A stretch of DNA of 64,000 nt from Erysipelothrix sp. (lineage in GTDB: Bacteria > Bacillota_I > Bacilli_A > Erysipelotrichales > Erysipelotrichaceae): the NCBI GenBank assembly GCA_012512595.1, contig JAAZDW010000021.1:5218-69217 (forward strand), written 5' to 3'. Below are positions 1 through 9,592 of the stretch, piece after piece. Every line of letters starts with the position of its first letter. The stretch's first letter is position 1. The notes below the pieces were generated by a model that saw only the letters and a program-made list of their open reading frames with translations, had not been told where the DNA came from and did no database searches. The translations under genes were made by a program, and so were the position numbers.

Positions 1-2
1 TT

Positions 3-1010
3 GGAAGAAATGAATATATCGAAACTTCAAGGCCTTTGGTTATGATAACAGCCCCAGGCTCAGGTAGTGGTAAAATGGCCGTTTGTCTTTCTCAACTATA
101 TCAAGATTCAAAAAATGACTTAAAGTCTGGTTTTGCAAAGTTTGAGACATTTCCGGTTTGGAATTTGCCGCTTAACCATCCCGTTAATCTTGCCTATGAA
201 TCTGCGACTGCAGATTTAAACGATGTTAACATCATAGATCCCTTTCATTTTTCTGCTTACAACGTCGTTTCAACATCATACAATCGTGATGCTGACGTCT
301 TTCCTGTTTTAAATACTGTTTTCAAATCTATTTATGATGTTTCCCCATATAATTCTCCAACTGATATGGGTGTTAATGTTATTGGAAGTTGTATTATTGA
401 TGATCAAGTAGTCCGAGAGGCTGCTAAAAATGAAGTCATTCGAAGATACTTAGTTGCAGTTGTAAACCATCGTAAAGATAAAGAAACCATTGAAACCGTC
501 AACAAACTTGAAATGCTAATGAACCAGTGTGAAGTTAGTGTCAAAGACCGAAAGGTAGTTAAGTATGCTAATGACTTAGCCGAAAAGACACAGCACCCTG
601 CTGTCGCCATGGAATTGCCAGATGGAACAATTGTGACTGGAAAAACATCTTCTCTACTTGGAGCTGCTAGTGCTTGTCTGTTAAATGCTTTAAAAACAAT
701 AGCCAAGATTGATGATGATATCCATCTTATTTCAAGTAAGGTTATTAAGCCGGTTCAACAATTAAAAGTAAATAGTCTTGGTAATAATAATCCGCTTTTA
801 CATATTGACGAAGTCTTAATAATGCTTTCGGTTGCAGCCACAGAAAATAAATGGGCTAAACTTGCTCTTGATCACTTGTCAGAATTAGCTGATAGTGAAA
901 TGCATTCTTCGGTTATCTTATCTTCTACCGATAAAAGTGTTCTAAAATTATTATTTATTAACTTAACTACAAATCCAACTTATCAAACAAAACGTTTGTT
1001 TAGAAAATAG
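3..1010 (+). CDS. DUF1846/UPF0371 family protein, C-terminal part (5' end outside window)
   Basis: The reading frame is open from the window edge. VMITAPGSGSGK...FETFPVWNLPLNHPVNLAYESATADLNDVNIIDPFH...SPTDMGVN matches the conserved UPF0371 family as I remember it. Confidence 0.8.
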   Translation, partial: GRNEYIETSRPLVMITAPGSGSGKMAVCLSQLYQDSKNDLKSGFAKFETFPVWNLPLNHPVNLAYESATADLNDVNIIDPFHFSAYNVVSTSYNRDADVFPVLNTVFKSIYDVSPYNSPTDMGVNVIGSCIIDDQVVREAAKNEVIRRYLVAVVNHRKDKETIETVNKLEMLMNQCEVSVKDRKVVKYANDLAEKTQHPAVAMELPDGTIVTGKTSSLLGAASACLLNALKTIAKIDDDIHLISSKVIKPVQQLKVNSLGNNNPLLHIDEVLIMLSVAATENKWAKLALDHLSELADSEMHSSVILSSTDKSVLKLLFINLTTNPTYQTKRLFRK

Positions 1011-1121
1011 AATATTTTAATAGAGCAAAATCTCTACCACTTTACATTATTATAGTTTAATTCACAAATAATCTCCGTATATTTAAATGAAGATTCTATA
1101 TAAAATCAATCAAACAAATAT

Positions 1122-1160
1122 AAAATGCGCTTTCTCAGATATCTGATAAAGCGCATTTTT
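1122..1160. terminator. Bidirectional intrinsic terminator between the convergent DUF1846 gene and gltX
   Basis: AAAATGCGCTTTCTCAGAT/ATCTGATAAAGCGCATTTT is a ~13-bp inverted repeat with an A-run on the left and a T-run on the right. Confidence 0.7.
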
Positions 1161-1185
1161 ATATTATTAATTTAATACATTAAAT

Positions 1186-2622
1186 CTATTCATTCAGTCT
1201 TTTAATTATTTCAGTTTTTCCAATAAGGTAGATTGAATTCATTAAATCTGGCCCATGACTCAAACCAGTAGTTAAAACCCTTGCTCCCATAAATAAAGGC
1301 CGCCCCTTTATTCCGGTTTTATCTCGAACATTGTTTACTGCAGTTTTGATATTATCTGTTGTCCATTCTTCAATTGTATTAACTTCAATTAACAAAGCTT
1401 CCCTGACAACCGCTGTCGATTCTTCATTAAATGCTTCCATCGCTTCTTCATTCATCGTGAATTCTGAAAAGAATGGTTTAACAAGTTCAACAATTTCTGC
1501 TCCATATTGTAATTGTTTTTGATATAAATCTACTAAAGTATTTACCCAATCATCGTCATGGCCCGATAAATCATATGATTTATCTAAAAACGGCTTGACT
1601 AAGTCGTGGTAATTATTACTATCTAGTTTTTGGATATACTTGTTGCTCATCCAGTTTAATTTGTCTCGATCAAACATTGATGGAGATTTAGATAAACGAT
1701 TTGAATCGAAAATTTCGATCAATTCATCTTTGCTAAATATTTCTTCTTCAACTTCTGGTGACCAACCTAAAAGAGACATAAAATTTAACATCGCTTCTGG
1801 TAAGTAGCCAGCTTCTTGGTATTGACTCATAAATTGCATAATTGAGTTATCACGCTTTGATAGCTTTTTACCTTCAGAATTAACAATTAAGGTCATATGT
1901 GCAAAGGTTGGGACTTCCCAATCTAACATATTGTAAACCATAATTTGCCGTGGAGTATTACTTAGATGTTCTTCCCCTCTAAATACATGGGATATATCCA
2001 TTAAGTGGTCATCGATTACAACTGCAAAGTTATATGTTGGAATACCATTAGTCTTTAAGGCAACCCAGTCCCCAATATCACTTGATTCGAAAGATACATT
2101 GCCTCTGATCATATCGTCGAAACTATAAGTTTCTTTTTCTGGAACTTTAATTCTTACCATATAAGGTTTGTTTTGTTGATCATTTAAGGCTATTTCTTCA
2201 CTACTTAAATTCAAACATCTGCGATTATATCTTGTGCTTGCTATTCCGCGCTCTTTTTGACTTTGGTAATCTGCATCTAATTCTTCTGATGTGCAGTAAC
2301 ATTTATATGCATATCCATATTCAATTAGTTCATCAATATATTTTCTATAGATGTCTAATCTTTCCATTTGACGATAAGGTGCATATTTAGGGTTTGGTTT
2401 TTGGGCTGACTCATCGGGTGAAATACCCAACCATTCTAAATATTGGAGTTGAGATTCTTCTCCACCTTCAACATTTCTTTCAATGTCTGTATCTTCAATT
2501 CTTAAGATAAAATCACCTTTGTGGTGTTTTGCAAATAAATAATTAAACAAAGCCGTTCTTGCATTGCCAATATGTAAATGTCCTGTCGGACTTGGTGCGT
2601 ATCTAACTCTTACTTTTTTCAT
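1186..2622 (-). CDS. gltX: Glutamyl-tRNA synthetase
   Basis: 478 aa. Class I motifs are present: HIGNARTA (HIGH) and KLSKR (KMSKS). The start overlaps the ispF stop as ATGA. Confidence 0.95.
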   Translation of the reverse strand: MKKVRVRYAPSPTGHLHIGNARTALFNYLFAKHHKGDFILRIEDTDIERNVEGGEESQLQYLEWLGISPDESAQKPNPKYAPYRQMERLDIYRKYIDELIEYGYAYKCYCTSEELDADYQSQKERGIASTRYNRRCLNLSSEEIALNDQQNKPYMVRIKVPEKETYSFDDMIRGNVSFESSDIGDWVALKTNGIPTYNFAVVIDDHLMDISHVFRGEEHLSNTPRQIMVYNMLDWEVPTFAHMTLIVNSEGKKLSKRDNSIMQFMSQYQEAGYLPEAMLNFMSLLGWSPEVEEEIFSKDELIEIFDSNRLSKSPSMFDRDKLNWMSNKYIQKLDSNNYHDLVKPFLDKSYDLSGHDDDWVNTLVDLYQKQLQYGAEIVELVKPFFSEFTMNEEAMEAFNEESTAVVREALLIEVNTIEEWTTDNIKTAVNNVRDKTGIKGRPLFMGARVLTTGLSHGPDLMNSIYLIGKTEIIKRLNE

Positions 2623-3098
2623 TTAATACTCCTCTTTAATAAAACTACCGCCTGCGCCATAACGCCCTCTTCACGGCCAATATATCCTAGCTTTTCGCCT
2701 CTTGTTGCTTTAACATTAATTATATCGGGACTACATTTAAGAGCTTTAGCAATATTATATTTCATTTCTAATATATAAGGAGATAGTATAGGTTTTTCTA
2801 TTATGACTAAACTATCAATGTTACCAATTTGATATCCATTACTTTTCATTAAATTATAAACGTGCTCCAATAATTTTATTGAGGATATACCCTTGTATTT
2901 AGGGTCAGTGTCTGGAAAATGCTGGCCGATATCGCCTAAAGCTAAGGCACCGATAATGCTTTCAGCTATTACATGTAATAATACATCCGCATCTGAATGC
3001 CCAACCAATCCAAAAGGATGGTCTATTTCTACACCACCAAGAATTAATTTTCGATTTATCGCTAATTGATGTATATCCGTTGATTGACCAATTCGCAT
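2619..3098 (-). CDS. ispF: 2-C-methyl-D-erythritol 2,4-cyclodiphosphate synthase
   Basis: 159 aa. [12 protein letters not shown]...[10 protein letters not shown]...GDIG is typical of IspF. Confidence 0.9.
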   Translation of the reverse strand: MRIGQSTDIHQLAINRKLILGGVEIDHPFGLVGHSDADVLLHVIAESIIGALALGDIGQHFPDTDPKYKGISSIKLLEHVYNLMKSNGYQIGNIDSLVIIEKPILSPYILEMKYNIAKALKCSPDIINVKATRGEKLGYIGREEGVMAQAVVLLKRSIK

Positions 3099-3145
3099 AA
3101 CTCACCTCTTTTAGTTAAAAAAGGATTGATATTAAACCAACCCGT

Positions 3146-3469
3146 TTATAATTTTAAAAATTGTTCAATATCCAAGACAAAAATTGTGGCTCCGCCTACT
3201 TCTACCTCTACTGGAAAAGATGCGAATCTTCCTAAGTCATATGAAGCTGATGATGGAACTACTTCTGTCCTTTTTTTACTCTCTTGACCGATCAATTCTA
3301 TTACATGATCAACTCTCTCATCTTCAGTACCCACAATAATAGTTGTATTACCGGCTTTTAGAAATCCACCTGTAGTTGCTAGACGAGTTACTGAGTAATT
3401 CTCTTTAGTTAATAGGGTTGTTACATTTTGGCTGTCATCATTTGATACAATTGCTAAAATTAATTTCAT
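3146..3469 (-). CDS. darA: PII-like cyclic-di-AMP receptor (YaaQ/DarA, DUF970)
   Basis: 107 aa. MKLILAIV..DDS...TRLATTGGFLKAGNTT...PVEVEVGGATIFVL closely parallels B. subtilis YaaQ as remembered. Confidence 0.85.
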   Translation of the reverse strand: MKLILAIVSNDDSQNVTTLLTKENYSVTRLATTGGFLKAGNTTIIVGTEDERVDHVIELIGQESKKRTEVVPSSASYDLGRFASFPVEVEVGGATIFVLDIEQFLKL

Positions 3470-3505
3470 ATAATTACACCTTCTTTCCCTTATAGTTTAT
3501 CACAA

Positions 3506-4606
3506 TTAAACATTAAATCTAAATAAAATTATGTCTCCATCTTCAACCGTGTATTCTTTTCCCTCAGATCTTAATCTACCAGCGCTTTTTGCTCCAGCTT
3601 CTGAACCATACTTTATTAAATCGTCATAACTATATACTTCTGCTCTAATAAATCCTCTTTCAAAATCTGAATGAATGATACCCGCTGCTTGAGGTGCTTT
3701 GGTGCCTTTTTTAAATGTCCAAGCACGTACTTCAGTTGGACCTGCCGTAAAGTAAGTCTGTAAATCTAAAAGACTATAAGTGGCTTTAATTACTCTGTCC
3801 AAACCACTTTCACTAATATTTAACTCTTCAAAAAACAGTGATTTTTCTTCGTCGCTTAATTCAGATAAATCCTCTTCTGTTTTGGCACAAATAGGAATAA
3901 CTTCACTATTTTCCTTAGCCGCATGTGCTTTAACTAACTGAAAATATTCATTATCTTCTGGGTTAAAAACTCCCTCTTCACTCATGTTAGCAATATATAA
4001 TACTGGTTTACTAGTTAAAAGATGAAAATGTTTACATATTTTGGCTTCATCAACACTTAGGTCTAAACTTCTTACTAAGTTGTTTGCTTCCAAAGTTTTC
4101 TTTAGCTTTTCAAGCAAATTATTTTCAAATATAGCTTCTTGGTCTTTACTTTTAACTTTGCTTTTTAATCTGCCAATTCTATTTTCAATTGTTTGCAAGT
4201 CAGCAAAGATTAGTTCGAGGTTTATAATTTCAATGTCCCTTATTGGATCTACGCTATTTGAAACATGCGTTACACTGTCATCATCAAAACATCTAACGAC
4301 ATGACAGATAGCTTCAACTTCACGAATATGAGATAAAAAGCGATTGCCTAAGCCTTCGCCCTTACTAGCTCCCTCTACAAGTCCCGCAATATCTGTAAAT
4401 TCAAATGTTGTTGGAACTTCTTTTTTAGGTTGAATTCTTTTTGTTATTTCTGCCAATCTATGATCAGGCACTTCGACAACTCCGACGTTTGGGTCGATTG
4501 TTGCAAAAGGGTAATTTGCCGCTTCTACTTTTGATTTTGTAATTGCATTAAATAAGGTCGATTTACCAACGTTTGGTAAGCCAACTATTCCAGCTGTTAA
4601 AGCCAT
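3506..4606 (-). CDS. ychF: Redox-regulated ribosome-binding ATPase YchF
   Basis: 366 aa. It has a GLPNVGKST P-loop and a C-terminal TGS-like end (GKEYTVEDGDIILFRFNV). Confidence 0.95.
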   Translation of the reverse strand: MALTAGIVGLPNVGKSTLFNAITKSKVEAANYPFATIDPNVGVVEVPDHRLAEITKRIQPKKEVPTTFEFTDIAGLVEGASKGEGLGNRFLSHIREVEAICHVVRCFDDDSVTHVSNSVDPIRDIEIINLELIFADLQTIENRIGRLKSKVKSKDQEAIFENNLLEKLKKTLEANNLVRSLDLSVDEAKICKHFHLLTSKPVLYIANMSEEGVFNPEDNEYFQLVKAHAAKENSEVIPICAKTEEDLSELSDEEKSLFFEELNISESGLDRVIKATYSLLDLQTYFTAGPTEVRAWTFKKGTKAPQAAGIIHSDFERGFIRAEVYSYDDLIKYGSEAGAKSAGRLRSEGKEYTVEDGDIILFRFNV

Positions 4607-4649
4607 AATATCATCTCCAGTTTCTTATACCGTTCTACATTATAGCACA

Positions 4650-4853
4650 TTAAAGAGATTCTTCTTCAGCTTTTTCAACTATTTTTTTAAGTCTTTTTTC
4701 AAAGTATGGACGTTCTAACATGACAACTGCTCCACATCCTAAGCATTTTATTTTTATGTCTACACCCATCCTAACAATCTGCCAATGCATAGATTTTTTA
4801 CAAGGGTGTTGCTTTTTCATTTCTACGATATCATTTAAGGCATAATTATTCAT
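4650..4853 (-). CDS. DUF951 family small protein
   Basis: 67 aa with the HPC...W.IVRMG.DIKIKC.GC pattern. It overlaps the folD stop by 8 nt. Confidence 0.7.
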   Translation of the reverse strand: MNNYALNDIVEMKKQHPCKKSMHWQIVRMGVDIKIKCLGCGAVVMLERPYFEKRLKKIVEKAEEESL

Positions 4854-5688
4854 AAAAATCTCCTTTATAAGCTGAAAGTGTGTTCATCAGTAACATCGAA
4901 ATTGTAAGTGGTCCAACCCCTTTTGGAACTGGTGTTATATAACTAACCTTTTCAAACACATCATTAAAATCGACATCTCCAACTAACTTATTATTATCGT
5001 CACGATTAATACCAACATCAATTACTACTGCCCCTTTTTTGACATGCTTAGATTTAATAAATTCTTTTTGTCCTATTGCTACACATAGTATATCTGCCTG
5101 ACTTGTTATTGCTTCAAGGTTTTTGGTTTTACTATGACAAATACTTACTGTTGCATCAGCCTCTACAAATAATCTCGATAATGGTAATCCGACTAAATTA
5201 CTTCGGCCTACTACAACTACATGCTTATTCGCTACTTCAATGTTAGATTCTCTTAGCATATGTAATATCCCTTTAGGCGTACAAGGTTTAAATAAGGGCT
5301 TGCCTCTAAATAGCCTTCCTGCATTATAAAATGTAAATCCATCAACATCTTTACTACTTCTAACTGAATTAACTACTATACTTTCATTTAAATGAACTGG
5401 CAGAGGTAGCTGTACTATTATTCCATCTACTTCTTCATCATTGTTTAGGTTTTGTATTTTTTCTAATATTTCACTTTCGGTGGCTGTTTGTGGGTAGTCA
5501 AAAACTTTTACTTCTATGCCTACTTTTTTGCCCGCTTTGATTTTGCCTTTTACATAACTGGCACTAGCGAAATTATTACCGACTAAAACCACGCCAAGTA
5601 CTGGTGCCCGATTAAGCTTGCTTACTTCATCTTTTATTTCTTTAAAAAGTTTTAAGGCAATTTTGTCGCCTTCTATTATTTTTCCCAT
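4846..5688 (-). CDS. folD: Bifunctional methylenetetrahydrofolate dehydrogenase/cyclohydrolase
   Basis: 280 aa. ASYVKGK, VDGF, VVVGRSNLVGLP and TPVPKGVGPLT are FolD signatures. Confidence 0.95.
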   Translation of the reverse strand: MGKIIEGDKIALKLFKEIKDEVSKLNRAPVLGVVLVGNNFASASYVKGKIKAGKKVGIEVKVFDYPQTATESEILEKIQNLNNDEEVDGIIVQLPLPVHLNESIVVNSVRSSKDVDGFTFYNAGRLFRGKPLFKPCTPKGILHMLRESNIEVANKHVVVVGRSNLVGLPLSRLFVEADATVSICHSKTKNLEAITSQADILCVAIGQKEFIKSKHVKKGAVVIDVGINRDDNNKLVGDVDFNDVFEKVSYITPVPKGVGPLTISMLLMNTLSAYKGDFYE

Positions 5689-6131
5689 CCGTAATCCTCA
5701 CTATCTAACATAATTGTAAACGGGCCATTGTTAACTAATTTAATGTCCATATCCGCTTGAAATAGACCCGTTTTGACTGTTATTTCTTTATTTAATTGTT
5801 GATTAAAGTAATCATAAAGATTACTTGCAACATTACTATTGGCACTCCTTGAAAAACTTGGCCTTCGACCCTTTTTGGTTTCAGCATAAAGTGTAAACTG
5901 TGATATGCTAAGTATTTCTAAACTTCTTGACATAATTGATTCATTTGTTTTACCTTGTTCATCTTCTAGTATTCTCAAATTAACAATTTTTGAAACCATT
6001 TTATCTATAATCTCTTTATTATCATTTAAATTAAAACCTACAAATAAAACAAGACCCTCATTAATCTTATTATATTGCTGTCCTTCTATTATAACACTTG
6101 CTTGGCTTACTTTTTGAATTAAAACACGCAT
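5676..6131 (-). CDS. dtd: D-aminoacyl-tRNA deacylase
   Basis: Only the C-terminal 151 aa of the 319-aa ORF (from MRVLIQKV...) look like Dtd (SQFTLYA, NNGPFT). The ATG is at 6131-6129. The longer ORF runs antisense into rarA. Confidence 0.9.
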   Translation of the reverse strand: MRVLIQKVSQASVIIEGQQYNKINEGLVLFVGFNLNDNKEIIDKMVSKIVNLRILEDEQGKTNESIMSRSLEILSISQFTLYAETKKGRRPSFSRSANSNVASNLYDYFNQQLNKEITVKTGLFQADMDIKLVNNGPFTIMLDSEDYGWEK

Positions 6132-6192
6132 ACTAGCACCCCTTATATACTTAAATTTAGCAAACAATGGTAGAATAGTAAAGAGGGATATT

Positions 6193-7437
6193 ATGAAAAC
6201 ACCATTAGCACACAAGTTAAGGCCAAAAATATTAGATGAAATTATCGGACAGCAACACTTAGTTGGTGAAGATAAAATTATTCGTAATATGATTAAAAAT
6301 GATTCGCTTTTTTCTATGATTCTTTTTGGAAGTCCTGGAACTGGTAAAACGACATTAGCAATGGTAATTGCTAATGAATTAAAAATACCTTTCAGAATTT
6401 TCAATGCTGTCGTTGGCAGTAAAAAAGACCTTGTCGCTATCTTTGAAGAAGGAAAACTGACAAACGGGCTTGTTGTTATTATTGAAGAAATACACCGTTT
6501 AAATAAAGACAAACAAGACTTACTTCTTCCACATTTAGAAGATGGAACAATTACTATCATTGGAACAACTACAGCCAACCCATACTTTTCAATTAATCCC
6601 GCCATTAGATCAAGGACACATTTGTTTGAGGTCAAGCCTTTAACCGAAAAAGATATTGTGTTTTCAATAAGTAATATTATGAATAGAGCAGAATTTAATC
6701 ATATCAATATCGAAGAAAGAGCTGTTGAAACAATTGCTAAACATGCTGGGGGTGATTTGCGAACCGCAATCAACCTTTTAGAGTTGTGTCTTTTAACCGG
6801 CAATAATATTACTAACGAGGATGTTTTAGAATTATCCAAACAACCTGTTATGAACATTGATGAAAGTGGCGATGGACACTACGATGCTTTGAGCGGGCTT
6901 CAAAAGTCAATTCGAGGTAGTGATGTGGATGCTGCCTTATATTATTTGGCACAACTATTACTTGCGGGTGACTTAGAATCTATATCTAGAAGACTGACCG
7001 TAATCGCCTATGAAGATGTAGGGTTTGGAAATCCAGCAGCAGTCGCAAGAACATTAGATGCCATTGAAGCTGCAGAACGAGTTGGATTGCCTGAAGCTAA
7101 AATGCCTTATAGTGTTGCCGTTATTGATTTAGCCTTATCACCTAAGTCTAGGACAGCAACTGAGGCAATAAATGAGGCAATGACCTATGTGAAGTATAAT
7201 CCACATCAAACACCAGACTATATCAAATACACACCCGTAAATTTAGCTGAGGATAAAAAATATCCTTATGATCGACCAGATCTTTGGCATAGAATTCAAT
7301 ATTTACCAAATCCTATCAAAGATATTGTATTTTATAAGGCTGAAAAAAATAGTAATTATGAAACTGCATTAGCAACAAACAACGAAAAGCTAAAAGAAAT
7401 TAAACGATCAAACCAATTAGATAAAATTAAAAAGTAG
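6193..7437 (+). CDS. rarA: Replication-associated recombination protein A (AAA+ ATPase)
   Basis: 414 aa. It has Walker A GSPGTGKTTLA and the MgsA C-terminal pattern (HYD..S...KS.RGSD.DAALYY). Confidence 0.9.
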   Translation: MKTPLAHKLRPKILDEIIGQQHLVGEDKIIRNMIKNDSLFSMILFGSPGTGKTTLAMVIANELKIPFRIFNAVVGSKKDLVAIFEEGKLTNGLVVIIEEIHRLNKDKQDLLLPHLEDGTITIIGTTTANPYFSINPAIRSRTHLFEVKPLTEKDIVFSISNIMNRAEFNHINIEERAVETIAKHAGGDLRTAINLLELCLLTGNNITNEDVLELSKQPVMNIDESGDGHYDALSGLQKSIRGSDVDAALYYLAQLLLAGDLESISRRLTVIAYEDVGFGNPAAVARTLDAIEAAERVGLPEAKMPYSVAVIDLALSPKSRTATEAINEAMTYVKYNPHQTPDYIKYTPVNLAEDKKYPYDRPDLWHRIQYLPNPIKDIVFYKAEKNSNYETALATNNEKLKEIKRSNQLDKIKK

Positions 7438-7462
7438 CTCAATTAAACATGAGCTACTTTTT
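7430..7462. terminator. Bidirectional terminator between rarA and the ABC permease
   Basis: GTAGCTC-(10 nt)-GAGCTAC is followed by TTTTT. The hairpin overlaps both stop codons. Confidence 0.6.
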
Positions 7463-8671
7463 ATCACCAATTTTTTTCTTTTTCATATTTAATCCACCTA
7501 AGATACCAATATTATATATATAGGCTCCATAATAAGTTGTTAGGGACAAGGTAATCAAACTTACAATTATGCCTAATCCAACTTCATAGAAAGACACATC
7601 CAATAATAAAAGCCGCATTGGCATAAACAGCATAGAGAAGACTGGGGTCAAGGAAAAGTAATATCCCAATCCTTCATTTAATTTAGATGGCGAATTCAGT
7701 GCCAAGGCCGTATAGTAAACTATTAGTAATATGATATATACTGGCGCCTGGATTCCACTAGATTCCTCTACTGAATTTATAAAACTAGATATACACACCA
7801 TTATTGTTTGGATAATAACCATTCCTATCATCAAATAAAGCAATGATATTAATAAAACCGACAGTAAATTAGTGTTAATATCTAAAGCAGTTAGAAACTC
7901 TTTAAATGTGTTTGCCTTGACTTGGATTAGCCCATATTTTTGCAACATCTTAATTAATCCTAAACCCTGGTCATAGTAATTTCTAATCAATATCGCTAAA
8001 CCAACTTCAAAACCTACCATTAAAATCTGAATCAGGATAGTTAGCCAACCAATAATCATTTTTGATAAGTAGTGAGTTGAAGTATCCACAGAAGTTAAAA
8101 CTAATTCTAAAACCCGAGAAGTCTTTTCGTAAACAACTTCGTTGGCGATCATTGTACTAAAGGATAACATTGCAAAGTATATTCCGGTAATCAAAAACAT
8201 TGAGATGTTTTGCTTATCAACCGATACACCTACTTTAGATAAAGTCACTTCTTTTATATCGGGATATATATTATCCAAAACCATGTTTGATGACTCAAAG
8301 CTCATTTCATTTAACCATTTATTTATTATTGCATCTTCAATTAAAACATGGATATGTGATGATGTCATCGGATCAAGAGCAAACTCACTTTCAATAATCC
8401 AGCCATCTACATTCTTTAAGTTAATTTCCTTATCTTTGTATCCAGCTTTAAATCTAAATAATTCATTATCTTCGTTAAAATAATTTATATATTCACTCAC
8501 GCTGCTATCATAGTATATATTTGTTAAATCTTGGCTATTTATAAAAAGTTTCTCTATGATTTTATCACTAAATACAAAACAGAAAAGTAAGGTAACAATT
8601 AATAAGTGTAAAATAACTGTAACTTTGTTTCTGAATCTTCTGCTTAGTGAAAAATTTATTAAGTGCTTCAT
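7454..8671 (-). CDS. ABC-2 type transporter permease (NatB-like)
   Basis: 405 aa. It has an N-terminal TM, a large extracytoplasmic loop and about 5 C-terminal TM helices. It overlaps the upstream ATPase gene by 4 nt. Confidence 0.7.
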   Translation of the reverse strand: MKHLINFSLSRRFRNKVTVILHLLIVTLLFCFVFSDKIIEKLFINSQDLTNIYYDSSVSEYINYFNEDNELFRFKAGYKDKEINLKNVDGWIIESEFALDPMTSSHIHVLIEDAIINKWLNEMSFESSNMVLDNIYPDIKEVTLSKVGVSVDKQNISMFLITGIYFAMLSFSTMIANEVVYEKTSRVLELVLTSVDTSTHYLSKMIIGWLTILIQILMVGFEVGLAILIRNYYDQGLGLIKMLQKYGLIQVKANTFKEFLTALDINTNLLSVLLISLLYLMIGMVIIQTIMVCISSFINSVEESSGIQAPVYIILLIVYYTALALNSPSKLNEGLGYYFSLTPVFSMLFMPMRLLLLDVSFYEVGLGIIVSLITLSLTTYYGAYIYNIGILGGLNMKKKKIGDKK

Positions 8672-9552
8672 ATTAATTCCCGTTCTTTAACAATAATTTC
8701 GATACTGGCTTGTTCAATAGAAATATTATTGACATTTTCATTTGCGATTATTCTTTTGAATAATTTATCTCTTTGACTGCGATCATCTATTTTAAGTTGT
8801 ATTAGTTTTCCTTTCACTTTAAATTCTACAACATGTTCGTCATCAATGTAATTTAAACCTACTTCTTTATCTACATTTAAATAATGGTATTGAGATGAAT
8901 TAATCAAATCCATCACACTACCTTCATATTGAACATCGCCTTTTTTCAAGATTATTATATCATCACAAAATTCCTCTATATGCTCAAATTGATGGCTTGA
9001 AAGTAGGATATACTTGCCTTGAGATTTTAAATCATTTATAAGTTTTTTTAAAATTTCAACATTTATAACATCTAGACCAGAGAGTGGCTCATCCAATATT
9101 AATATACTAGGCTCATGAATTAGAGCACAAAGGATTTGAACTTTCTGTTGATTGCCCTTTGACAATTTATTTATTTTTGTATATTTGTAATCTGCGATTT
9201 TCAATATTTTTAAATACTTATCCAAGCGCTCTATGATTAACTCATCACTCATTTTTTTTAAACGTCCTAAAAAGATTACTTGATCAAACACCCGCAAATC
9301 CTTATATAGGCTTCGCTCTTCAGGTAGATAGCCAAAAAGAGAGATTGGATGTTGTGACAGTGGCTTGGATTTAAACAAAATTGTCCCACTGTCTGCTTTT
9401 AGAAGCCCTAGTAAAACACGAAAGGTAGTGGTTTTACCACTACCATTTATGCCTATTATTCCAAGAGCTTTACCACTCTTTAGATTAAAACTTAAATTTT
9501 CAACACCTTTTGTCTTTTTGTAGTATTTTACAATGTTATCTATTTCAAACAT
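8668..9552 (-). CDS. ABC transporter ATP-binding protein (NatA-like)
   Basis: 294 aa. Walker A GINGSGKTT, signature LSKGNQQK and Walker B ILILDEP are present. Confidence 0.9.
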   Translation of the reverse strand: MFEIDNIVKYYKKTKGVENLSFNLKSGKALGIIGINGSGKTTTFRVLLGLLKADSGTILFKSKPLSQHPISLFGYLPEERSLYKDLRVFDQVIFLGRLKKMSDELIIERLDKYLKILKIADYKYTKINKLSKGNQQKVQILCALIHEPSILILDEPLSGLDVINVEILKKLINDLKSQGKYILLSSHQFEHIEEFCDDIIILKKGDVQYEGSVMDLINSSQYHYLNVDKEVGLNYIDDEHVVEFKVKGKLIQLKIDDRSQRDKLFKRIIANENVNNISIEQASIEIIVKERELI

Positions 9553-9592
9553 ATTATCACCACTACAATATAGTCTTTAAAAGATTTAATAC

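Noticed and set aside
404-706. Many 60-113-aa ORFs lie antisense to long genes. Examples are 404-706, 8142-8483, 13397-13717, 18502-18819, 43882-44199 and 53481-53813.
   Set aside because: They lie wholly inside well-supported genes on the opposite strand. They have Ser/Leu/Ile/Phe-rich compositions typical of antisense frames in AT-rich DNA, and they lack SD sequences.
5676-6635. A 319-aa ORF in the supplied track suggests a large protein upstream of folD.
   Set aside because: Only the last 151 aa (from MRVLIQKV at 6131) resemble a real protein, which is Dtd. The N-terminal 168 aa are low-complexity and run antisense through the rarA coding region.
7454-9552. Two similar NatAB-like ABC pairs (7454-9552 and 62983-64000+) as possible bacteriocin-immunity or resistance modules.
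   Set aside because: No adjacent peptide gene, two-component system or modification enzyme is present. The pairs look like ordinary ABC-2 exporters of unknown substrate.
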